Below are positions 1 through 10,838 of a DNA stretch of 64,000 nucleotides, piece by piece (the first letter of the stretch is position 1; every line of letters starts with the position of its first letter). Below the pieces are notes generated by a model. The model ran no database searches, was not told the DNA's origin, and worked only from the letters and a program-made list of their open reading frames with translations. Origin of the DNA: Hydrolagus affinis (taxonomy: Eukaryota). The stretch spans positions 1 through 64,000 of the forward strand of contig JAAILG010001214.1 in NCBI GenBank assembly GCA_012026655.1, written 5' to 3'. A program made the translations under genes and the position numbers.

Positions 1-120
1 GAAGGGAGAGAGAGAGACGGCTGAGGGGGGTGGGGGACGGCGGGGTGGGGGAGAGAGACGGCTGGGGGGGGTGGGGTGGGAGAGAGACAGCGGAGGTGGG
101 GGTGGGGGGAGAGACTGGGT
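1..120 (+). repeat. G-rich minisatellite, units resembling GGAGAGAGACGGCTGGGGGGGTGGGG
   Basis: About 3-4 degenerate units of GA runs plus G tracts, seen directly. Confidence 0.75.
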
Positions 121-254
121 GGATGTGATAATATACAGATAGATAGAAATGGGGGGGATGTGAGAGAGACACAGAGACACAGACAGAAAAACACAGAGAT
201 GGAGAGAGTCAGAGACACAGGGAGAGAAAGATATTTACCTCCTGAGGAGATAGG

Positions 255-339
255 CCCCGAATGCGCGCGCACCCGGAATGCGCGTGCACCCGGAACGCGC
301 GCGCACCCCGAATGCGCGCGCACTCCGAATGCGCACGCT
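255..339 (+). repeat. CpG-rich 17-bp tandem repeat, 5 copies (CCCCGAATGCGCGCGCA)
   Basis: Units start at 255, 272, 289, 306 and 323, with 0-3 mismatches each. Confidence 0.95.
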
Positions 340-3300
340 GCGCGCGCATGCGCAGTACGAAAAACCCGAAAATATCGATACTTCAGTATATCTTGATATG
401 AGCCCATCGATATATCTAAATCGGAAAATTTCCATATCGACGGACCCTAATGCTAACCTATAAGTGGATGGCTGTGTTAATGCAGCATTAGATCCAACAG
501 GATCAGATAACCCCATTGGGTGATCTGCAGCTTCTAAGTTCAAAGGCAAAGTATTAATTAGAGAACGCAGAGGCCAACAGGTGGTGGACCCCATTGCTGG
601 CAGTGATCACATCTCCCTGAGGAAGCAACTATCAGGATGGTTGACAGGGAGATAGTTGACTGCATGAGCAAGGCTGCATAGGAGCAAAGCAAAGACCAAT
701 TCTCAGTTAAAAACCAATAAAAAAACCCTACATTTTTTATTCTAAAAACGTGGCAATATTAAGCACAAGATTGTAAGCCTAGGTATAATAACAGAAGTGT
801 AAATTTTTCCATTTATTTCAACATTTTCTAATCTTCTTGAAATTTGCCTTTTTTCAGTTGAGTATACTTAACCTTGACTACCCTTTTCCCTTATCTTTTC
901 TGTAATCCTAGCTGTGTGAAGCACATTGAAACATCCTCCCAATGTGTGAATGATGCAATATAAAGGTAAATTGCTGTTCTTAATATTGAATTCAGCTTTA
1001 CTATGGATACTGTTCCTCAAATTTTCCTCTAATTTCAGATTTCCTTCATTTACAGCTGATAAGATGCACCTTAGAATACCCTGCCAAAGTGACAGGTGCA
1101 ATAAAAGTGTAAATTTATATTGTATTTCAAGGAAATAATATGTTCTCTCCATTTTGACCATTCTACTCTTCTTCATTCTAGTCTATCTTTATATATTTTA
1201 AATCGAAGGACCCTTTTTATTTAGTTATTCTGCAGCTTTCTAAATTGCCTGCAGATTCCATTCTCTATTCTTTTCCCATTAATCATGTGCAAACCTAATA
1301 AAGTGGCAGTTCCCTTATTTCTCCGGCTACATGACACAACAATCCATGTAAAACTGCTTGTTTGGCCACTTTCTCTGGGGACAGTGTAAAGCTCCTTGAA
1401 CTCATTCAGACACCTGAAATCTCTCCACCAACAACATATATTCTACAGTAATCCTGGTCACATAATAATTTCTGTCAAGTTAAAACTGATTGTGTGATGA
1501 GTTAGGAACACAGAAAAAGAACAAGTGGGGACTATGCAGCTATTTCTATTAGTTTATTAGATATTAGAAGATTATTTTAAATTCCACTGTCTTGTCATTT
1601 CACCCTACTCCTTTATACTTCTACTAACCAACAAATTAAAATTATGTCAAAAACTAAATGGATTCACTCAGCTGCCCCATTTTCCCACTGTTTTTCTTCC
1701 CGGCTCCATCTCTATGGCTCTGTGTTTACCCGGTTTCAATTTTACATGCCCTAAAATCTTCACTTCACCTTCTCCATCTTCTTCCCATCCCCACAGATTG
1801 TGTCATTTCTCAGGGCTTTATCTTCAGTCCTCTCTTCATCACCATCTATTAAAAGGGATCCTAAAAAGTGTGGGCAATGAGCAGGAAAGCAAAATAAGAC
1901 GAGCTGGCTCATGTGGTGTAAATCACCTACACTGTTGGGTTGATTGGCCTGTTTCTGTGCTGTAACATGCTATGATTCAGCGATTCAACATATTTATTGG
2001 CAAAGAATGATTTGCTAAATCTAATTGTTTGGAGCTTGCTGCGGGTTTTCCCAACCAACACATTTATCACAGTTAATAACTACAGTAAAGGTACTTATTG
2101 TTGCAGTAAAACAGAGCAGTCATTATATTTGATTGCTGTGACAGACACTGACAGTGCTGGAAATCATTTCATATCTGATTAAGTATGAAAATAAATTGAC
2201 ATCCAACTACACAGCAGAAGATAATTGAGTTATTCTCCCATGACATTACACATAAGCATTTGTATTCTAAAAGATTTACAGCAAAACAAATCTAATAACA
2301 GCCTTCAATACATTGAATTTCTGTGCAAGTAATGTTTCTCCATTTAATAATTATAAATAATGCTTTGTTTCACATTGGGATTCTTTGGTGTAGATGTGTA
2401 CAAATGAATACAACAACAACAGATTACATTTTATTATTATATAGTGAATAATGTATCATCATTGGTCTCATCATTGGTCTAATATGTAATGATTTCTAAG
2501 AGATTTTTAAAAATAATAATAGAGTAAGTCACCCTACACAAGGGAGCTCTACATTTAGAAAATTCACTTTCGGAGCATGGTTCCCATGAATCAGCTTGAC
2601 TTACTTCCATTGCTATCAGTTTTGTTATTAAAGAATACCATCAGAAAACGTTACATGTTAGACCTCATTCCCAATGAGCAATAAATTTTGGTCCATCAAT
2701 CCACTTTTTGAGAAAGAAGAAATTCTGTTGTGGATTGCACCCACCTTAGATTTCCAGAGTTATGTGGTGAACTTTTCTTTTCTTTCAGTCATAACATCAT
2801 TAAATATCGTAAACCAGTTTTGACGGTTGTTTTCTGGCTTGTCAGTTGCCTTGTAATTTTAGATGCACAATGAAATAAAATAATTAAATGGCAAATAACA
2901 CGCTTGACTTCTGTTAGAGCAAAGTCACTTTCATTTCAAAGAGCTGGTGTTTGTTACTTCACACGTGCTAAATACATCATGACCCCCGTATTTTGACTTG
3001 AATTCCACACTGCTTGGCTTTCTGCAAGTCCAAATTTAGAGGTGAAATAGTATCTCCTGTGAGTCATAGCCTGAGAGATTGCTGTTGCTCTGCACATTCT
3101 CCTGGAGCCTGGACCTTAATTTTATGCTACTCCACAGGCAGAGTTGAGGGATAAAGAAGGCCATGTTGTCCTACCCTGCAGTGGTAGATGTCAACAACAG
3201 TGCCAGGTGAAGATTAAAGTGAACAAGTGAACATCTGCTTGAGAAACATGAGTGCAAATGAGATTTTTGCATGTTAAGCCCCAAATAGCTTGAGGTACGA

Positions 3301-3509
3301 AGGCTAAGTTCCTAACAGACGAGAGCCCTCTGCCAGCAGCTATATATCCAGACCATCTGTCTGTATGTCTGCCTCCACTGGTAGGGTGAAGGAAGCAAAA
3401 GAGCCGAGAAAACAGAGGCCCTCTATTATTTCTGTAACTTCCCTGGAGAGGAAAGCAACAACACAAGAGCAAGGTGCCTGAAAGTGAAACCAAGCCAGGG
3501 TTTGAATGT

Positions 3510-3933
3510 TCCCCTCCCCATCTGATAATTCACGGATAATAAGGCCATTCACAGCTTTACCCCCACCTATCTCTCTAACCCACTATCGCCCGCCCATCCC
3601 CTCCTTTCAGCAGACTCAGGCCTGCTCCGCGTCCACTGCCCTACCCTCCCAACCATCAGCGGCGGGCTTTCAGCCGCTCTGCTCCCATACTGTGGAACTC
3701 TACCCTCCGCCTTGCTTCCTCCCTTTCCTCCTTCAAAGCCAGTCTCAAGACCTTCCTCTTCGACCGCACCTTCGGCTACCCCACTAACTCTTCCCCCTCT
3801 CCCACTTTCCTTCCCCTTCCCCCTACCCCGACCCTCCCCTGTCCGCTCGGGTCCCGACCTGACTGTTCATCACTTTGGGACGTCCTCCCGACGTGAAAGG
3901 TACTATATAAGTGCAATTTTGTTGTTGTTGTTG
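3510..3933 (+). mobile_element. L2 LINE 3' fragment
   Basis: Contains the TGTGGAACTCT motif and a C-rich 3'UTR; terminates GGGACGTCCTCCCGACGTGAAAGG...(TTG)n. Homologous to 8866-9735. Confidence 0.9.
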
Positions 3934-4689
3934 ATAAGCAAGATGATTACTTACCCTACCCTGGCTTGTATAAAAAAATTCAGGCATCAGCCAGGAGCTG
4001 TTCGGCGAAAAATGATCACATCTGACTGAGAGGAAATTTGAAAAGAAGCAGATTGGTGAACGTAAATTTAACCTGAATCAGATTTGACTGACATGTCAAA
4101 GCAATAACATCCACAGTATCATAATTCAGCATCATAGAGTGTTACAACACAGAAACATATCTTTCAGTCCATCAAGCCCTAATTGGAATTTTCTCCACAA
4201 GGCAATGGAGGGAGAGGGATGGGAAGGGAAGAGATAATGGCTGGTTGTTTTGTTCAATATATGAAGGGAACAGACTTGATGAGGAGACAGTGGCTGATTG
4301 GTTGTGTGCAAGCTTTGAAGAGAGTGGACTTCTCCAAAAGTTCTCGCCATTTACTGATGCAAACTGTGCTGCATTTGTATAATCTCTGCTCATAATACTT
4401 CATTCATCAGACTATTTTCATATTTCTTTGTGGGAGATGTTTTCTTTTCAGAAATGTAAGATTTAGAAAGCAAACAAATAGATTTTGCACAGCCAATACT
4501 ATAACAGCAAGAGGATAGCCTATAAAGGAGATAACCCAATGGGCCCAATGGGGGGGTGAAGATGAGATCAAGCTAAAGACAGCAAGCATATTAAAAGACT
4601 AGGTGTCATTTAAGGTTGTTACCATAGGGGATGCTAACAATATGCTGTCCAATATTGGTGCACATTATCAGAACTCTGACACTTGGCTA

Positions 4690-4950
4690 GTAGTGAAATA
4701 GGAGTTCCAGATAAGCTAAAGGGGCTGAAACCAATAAATCCCCAGGACAGATGAGCTATACCCCAGGATACTTGGAAAGAAAAAGGAAAAGATTTATGTG
4801 GCACCAACAGTCATTTTGAGGGTGGTTAGTGATTACAGGGGAGTTTCCAACAGTCGGAACCCAGGCATATGCATCAGAACCATATCGGCCAACTCAAGTC
4901 CCACTGGCCAGGCTTCAATAATTGGAAATCTCATGGAATCAATAATCCAA
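4690..4950 (+). mobile_element. Degenerate CR1 LINE ORF2 fragment
   Basis: Frameshifted KLKGLK-NKSPG-DELYPRIL and SIIGNLMESII, which resemble the CR1 pre-RT motifs. Confidence 0.65.
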
Positions 4951-4959
4951 ACAAAGGAA

Positions 4960-5180
4960 TCAAGGTCTCATCTGCCTGTTGAGGTGGATGCTAAAGTTCC
5001 CAGGGCATTATTTGAAAAGAAGGGAGTTCCTCCTCGTGCCCCAGATATTAAAAAAAAGTCATTCACTTCATCGCTAATTCTGTGTGCAAATTAGTATGTT
5101 GCATTGTTTGCATTAAAATGCACAGTAACTGCATGTTACTGTGATTCCTGTGAAGCACTTTCCTATTGTGAAAGATACAA
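4960..5180 (+). mobile_element. Deu-domain SINE fragment
   Basis: CATCTGCCTGTTGAGGTGGATGCTAAAGTTCCCAGGGCATTATTTG matches the other copies, e.g. 47327-47580. Confidence 0.6.
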
Positions 5181-5799
5181 CAACAACTTACATTTATATA
5201 GCGCTTTTCATGCGGGTATTGTCCCGGAGTGCTTTATAACAAATACAGGGATTATTTTTACTTAATTATAAAATAACATCAGAAGTAATAGTGAATATTC
5301 AGCCCCAACCATGCCCTGCAATGCTCAGGTCCTGATCCTGGCCTTTCAATGTCTTGGGCATCCTCCCGACATGAAAGATGCTCTACAAATATAATTTTGT
5401 TGTTGTATTCAAAGTCTTTCTTTTCTGTTTTTCCTAAATTACATCTGGCTCTTCAAATCATTCAGCTTGACCTGATCAAATAAATCAAGAAATGTCTCAT
5501 TTAAAACAATAATTAATCGCTAAGTAACCAAATCTTCCTCATAACCATTCTTCCAGACGTTTGTGGGATCGTACAAGATCATCTGTTCAGGAACAGTTAG
5601 CTATTCCTGGATTGTTTCTAGATAGTTTTCTCACACTCAATTTGCTGTGTCTGTTTGCTGTTTAAACTTAAATTTTCGTCTAAGTTTAGTCCTTAGACGA
5701 AACTAAGGATTACAGTTCTCATGCATCCTCCTCAAATTAGAACAATTTCTTCTCTTCAATAAAAACTTAATGTGAACTGATATCTCACTACTTTCAGCA

Positions 5800-6070
5800 G
5801 ATGATTGAAAATGCATGATTGAAGGGGTACACCTTGAAAAGTGCTTTGAATGAGGGGAGGGAGAGAGTGAGAGGGATTCTGAGGTAGTGTTCCAGAGAGG
5901 AGGGCTGAAATCCCACCCAGTGATAGGGAGAACAGGCTGGTGTTTGCTGAATGAAAAGGGGTCATGTTGATAGGTTGGACAGTGTCACCGAAGCTGGGGC
6001 AAAACCGTAAAGAAACTTGGAAGTGAGAATGAAGATCTTAAATTTGATTTGCTACGGGTTAGGGAACCAT
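5800..6070 (-). mobile_element. Old L2 LINE fragment
   Basis: Purine-rich antisense match to the L2 ORF2 C-terminal region of the other copies. Confidence 0.55.
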
Positions 6071-6339
6071 ATCAATGAGAAATCAATAAGAAATTAGATT
6101 GTGTATTCTTATATTAGAAACATTTATGCCACAAGTTAGGGCCGAGAGGATGGCCGTCAAGAGGACAGACACTGTGTGTTTACACATGTTAATTGCTCAA
6201 TTCAAGCACTTTGTTTTTTGATTCTACAAGTGTAGAATCCTTCCACCATACTGTGGTGTATACTAACCACACTGAGTGCTACACATATACACATATGCTT
6301 GGCACCTACATATGTGTCATATAGAATAACATAATTATT

Positions 6340-6790
6340 TATGCAGACAGATCCAGGGCATTTGCCCAACTTGCCCATGCGATGGTATACTCCATACAGA
6401 CTTCTGTGGACTTTCACCTTAGAGGAATGCGCCCTGCTTAGCTCAATCTGGAAAGTATTAAGCGCAGGTTGGCAAGATCCAAGGCTTCGGAATCCAAAAT
6501 ATAATGGAATACTGCTGAAATTTAACCAACCCAAACAATCTTGCCATTGAGGATACTCTGGCATGCTTCCTGCTTTATCAACTAAGATGACTCTACCCAT
6601 TGAAACTTTGACATACAGGGAAAACTAAAGCCAAGTGATGAGAAGTCTCCTTCCCCAATGATTATTGATGAGGCTGGCTGGTCTGTCATCAACATTGCCG
6701 CAGAGTACTGCAGGTCAACATAGCTCGAGGACTTGACCACCAGAGAGGATCCAGTCAATTCCAATACTCCTTTACCAAGTGCCTCACGTT
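6340..6790 (+). mobile_element. Old unclassified repeat, copy 1 (possibly an L1/Tx1-clade 3' fragment)
   Basis: TGGCTGGTCTGTCATCAACA at 6675 and the block at 6443-6486 match the reverse complement of segments near 60680-60701 and 48133-48177. A CPTC..G.LH-like peptide is present. Confidence 0.45.
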
Positions 6791-8239
6791 GGAGCTAGCC
6801 AATACCCTAGGACTCCCCGCTTACCTCCCACATTTGAATTAGCAAATCTAAAGCCTTTCATAAAAGGTGGTTGCCTTTACCTCAGATTTGGTTTCTCTAG
6901 ATTTTTAAGATGTTCTGCAAAAGAAAAAAAAAATAAGTAAGCTTTAATTGAGAAACAAATCCTCATTTAAAGCCCCAAAAGCTTATGGAAGTAATAGAGG
7001 AAGCAAATTGGTGGTATAAAACTAATTTCCACCATTCGTAGGTATAAGAATTGGCTGTGCCTGATTAGATATCGGTTAACATGGGTCAGGTTTGAGCTGA
7101 ATCTCGAATGGAGCTCATCAGCTGATATTGTAACAATTTAAGTTGGAAATGACAGAAAAAATAGCCAAATGCTTAAAATACTTGTGTGAAATGTACAGTA
7201 GTTGCAAAGATCTTCGAAGGTTATAAAAAAATTGCTAGGGTCATAAACGGTTCAATATAAACTGTTGATTTTAATCCACTTTTTCATGGTTCTCTGCTTA
7301 TAGCAATTTTGTGGGCATCAACAGTGATGTATTTGAAAAGCAGAACTGTCAGTAGTCAATTTTGTGGCATTATGATGGCTTCCACAATCTATAGGTTTTA
7401 TTCTGCAGTAAACTCAGTTTACACTGGAAATTAATTTTAAGGCAGAATGTTTACTACCCTGGTATGAATACGGAATTGGAATTGAAATTTTTATATCAAT
7501 AATAGACTAACTGTACGGGCCAAAAATGATCTAAATTCTAAAATACTGAAGGGATACAAGAATGAATAACAAATCTACACACCAATTCTCCCAATGTTTT
7601 TCGAGCTGAGGTTACTCAGTTCAATTCATAAGTAACGGAAAATTAAAATTATCTTCAGGATTGAATAAATGCTAGCTCCACTAGAAATCAGTGACTCTAC
7701 TTTCAGAGAGCCAACTGTAAAATCAATTTAAAGAGTTTGTGTTAAGCACATATAGGCCCAAACATTCAAAATTCCAATCCAGTGTATATTTTAGCTTATC
7801 GCAGCAGCAATTTAAAGCATTATTCATATTTGTCAATGTAAAAAGCAATACAGATTACAAGATGGAAGTAAAACTGACATGTAAATATCATTAAGATGTA
7901 TGGATGTTAGTTTAAACATTTTCTTAAATTCAACATCTATTTAGAAATTCATAGGCTATGGATCCCTCTATTCCATTATTACTCAGGTATACATCAGTTT
8001 TCTCTTAAATATTCCAATGCTTTTTCTCTTCAAAAAATTATCATTTATAATGATATAAAACATGTTAGTCTTGACCTGTGACCTGGTCAACAAACCTCCA
8101 AATTTAATATCATTCACTTCATGGCTATTTCTAGGGCATTGCTATGCACAAATTGGTTGCCACAAAACATAAAGTCACTGCACTTTACAGTATGAAATGC
8201 TTTAGGATGTCCTCCCAACTTGAAAAGCACTCTACCAAA

Positions 8240-8483
8240 TAATAATAATAATCCTTGCATTTGATTCAGTGCTTTTCATGTCTTCTAGACATCTCAAAGT
8301 GCTTCACAGAATATATTGTGAAGTGAATTGACTGTATATAATTATGTAGGAGAAACGCAGCAGCCAATTGCGCACAGCAGTGTCCCACAACCAGTTGTGG
8401 ATTGAAATTACTAACTTATTATTGTTTCTTTTATTAGGGATTATTATCAGGCATGTAGAACAAGGAAACTTGCCTAAGGTTTC
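8240..8483 (-). mobile_element. tRNA-derived SINE, head truncated
   Basis: (TAA)n followed by TCCTTGCATTTGAT...GTGTCCCACAA...GGAAACTTGCC, antisense to the 27909 copy. Confidence 0.88.
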
Positions 8484-8865
8484 ATAAGAACATAAGAAAT
8501 GCTAGACGAAAAAAGACTAAGGTCCATCTAGTTCACCTTCCGCCAAGTCACATGTATACATACACCAAACTACTTATGTACTCTATCCTATAATGTTATG
8601 GGCCTCATGAAACTTTACTAAAAATTACAACCATTAGCTACATTTATGCAGCGCTCTTCACCTTAGGCAGTGTCTAGGAACACTTAACAAATGCGGAGCC
8701 TGACAACGAGCTGGGTGAGGAGTCAGTGTAATAATCCTTCCTTTTGTCACCCTGTTAATATCAAGTAGGACATCTAAATGGTCAGTGCCTTGGGATGTTT
8801 ATAAATGTAATTTTGTTGTTTAAAGTATTTCACTGGATTTTCTATAAAGGCACTGTGTGTTGTCA

Positions 8866-9735
8866 GATGGAAGCCCTCCTGATTGGCTCACGTCAGCGCC
8901 TCCGCACCTCAGGCGCTGACAACATCAGTGTTCAAGGCTGCTCTCTCCACCTCTCAAAGCCAATCAGAATCTGGGCGTCTTGTTTGACCCCGAACTATCC
9001 TTCCTCCCCCACATCCGCTCCATGACCGGCACAGCTTCCATCACCTCCGTAATATTGCCAGACTCCGCCACTACCCCCCCACCACGCTGTCAAAACTCTC
9101 ATCCATGCCTTTATCACTTCCAGGTTCGACTACTGGAACTCTCTCCTCGTCGGCCTCCCCAGCTCCTCCCTTCACAGGCTGCAGACCATTCAGAATTCTG
9201 CAACTCGTGTACTCTCCCGCACCAGGCTTCGCAATCGCATCAGTCCCACCCTCGCCCGTCTCCACTGGCTCCCCGTCACCCAGAGGATCGAATTCAAGAG
9301 CCTTGTTCTCACTTTCAAGGCCATTCATGACCTTGCATCTATCTCTCTGACCTACTGTCCCCCTATCAGCCTGCCCTCACCCTCCTTTCAGCAGGCTTAG
9401 GCCTGCTCCGCATCCACCGCCCTAACCGCCCAATCATTGGCGGCCAGGCTTTTAGCTGCTCTGCTTCCATACTGTGGAACTACACTCCGCAGCCCCTCCG
9501 CCTCCTTCCTCCCTTTCCTCCTTCAAGGCCGGTCTCAAGACCTTTGTCTTCGACCGCGCCTTCAGCTGCCCCACCAACTCTTCCCCCTCTCCCACTCTCC
9601 TTCCCCTCCTACCTACTCTGACCCACCACCCCCCCCCCACCCCCCGCTCGGATCCCGACCTGACTGTTCAGCACTTTGGGCCGTCCTCCCGACATGAAAA
9701 GCACTATATAAGTGCACTTTTGTTATTGTTGTTGT
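8866..9735 (+). mobile_element. L2 LINE 3' fragment of about 870 bp with ORF2 C-terminus, 3'UTR and tail
   Basis: Frameshifted translation EALLIGS...LGVLFDPELSFLPHI...KTLIHAFITSRFDYWNSLLVGLP...LQTIQNSA...LARLHWLPVTQRIEFK, the L2 ORF2 signature; (TTG)n tail. Confidence 0.95.
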
Positions 9736-10527
9736 TTAGTGATTGAGTGCCACCTAAAGTGCCACAAACAGCCACAAAGTGTGGGCAGTTAATCTGAAGG
9801 ATTTTTGGTCAGGACACTGGGTCGAAAACATGGGGTAGTGTCTAGGAGCGCTTGACAGCTGGTGTGAATAGAGTGTGCATTGTCTCTCACACTTAACTCA
9901 GTCGCTCTCTCATACAGGACAATAGCTCAGCAGCTGAATTTGTCTCTTTTGGAACATCATCAACTAACAGAGGAGTCTAGTGAGTGAGTGACGGGGTGAG
10001 GAAGGTGGGAGAAGAGAACTAAATTTAGTTTTTATATTAAAAAAACTTCTCCCACATTTTGTGCACTCCCACCCCGCAAAAAAAAACAAAGTACTGTACA
10101 TTTGAATGCATTAGTGACCCACATAGAACCAGTTCACAATGAGAAAGTTAACTAGAAACTGACCTGGGAAAGTGTTACACAACTAAACACACCTGCAGTT
10201 CAGACCCAGGTTTAAGACACACACACAGAGAAAAGTTACAACAAAAATCTTAAACTCTCTGTTCGTAAAGTTGTGGTTTTTATAAGAACAATTTGATAAT
10301 GAGATTGAAAGGGAGTCAGCGCCCACAGCCCTCGCCTTGTTAATGTTAATGTCCCAGCGCAATGATACCGCAGAACATTTGAAACCAATTTAAGGTTCGC
10401 AAAGTTTGTAAGTGTTATTATTATTGTTGTCAATATGAGAGGAGAGTAGAGATGTTGTTGATGATCTTGGGTTCTCCGATGAAAAGGGTGTGTACATGTG
10501 TGTACATGAGATGTTGACAGTCCTTGT

Positions 10528-10838
10528 GAGTCTTGTAGTTCAGTGGTTAGAGCACTCACTGTAAAACTGAAATACCAGGGTTTGATTCGTGGCAGGATGA
10601 AACCTTGGGCGAGGTTTTCTACTCCACACACTTGATAATAATCTCTCACCAAAAAAAATAATATATTGGTCATTTCAGTCCACGACTGTTTGTGGGACAC
10701 TGCTGTGCACAATTGGCTGCCACATTTTGTCCATAAATATACAGACAATTCACTTTACAGTGTATTCGGTGAAGCACTTTGAGACATCTAGAAGACGTGA
10801 AAAGTGCTATATTAAACACAAGAATTATTATTATTAAT
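10528..10838 (+). mobile_element. tRNA-derived SINE, short form, full length
   Basis: A-box TAGTTCAGTGG, B-box GGTTTGATTCG, L2-like 3' end and (TTA)n tail. Confidence 0.9.

Larger units (their letters stand above)
1..449. mobile_element. One end of a probable hAT-superfamily non-autonomous DNA transposon; the other end lies outside the window
   Basis: Minus-strand terminus reads TAGGGTCCGTCGATATGG from 449, with repeated subterminal ATCGAT/CGATAT motifs (373-440). CpGs are retained inside and density drops abruptly after 449. TAGGG termini with CGAT-rich subterminal repeats are typical of hAT elements. Confidence 0.55.

Noticed and set aside
255-339. CRISPR-like array
   Set aside because: The units are directly adjacent with no spacers, there are no cas genes, and the context is eukaryotic
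76-594. ORFs of 106, 119 and 61 aa at the window start
   Set aside because: They are products of stop-poor GC-rich tandem repeats
3130-3212. Candidate exon encoding AELRDKEGHVVLPCSGRCQQQCQ
   Set aside because: Splice signals are weak and I recognise no homology
5674-5702. 11-bp-arm hairpin as a terminator or regulatory element
   Set aside because: It is short, has no supporting context, and intrinsic terminators do not apply in this genome
10236-10748. 170-aa minus-strand ORF
   Set aside because: It begins in the antisense of a SINE and has no recognisable domain
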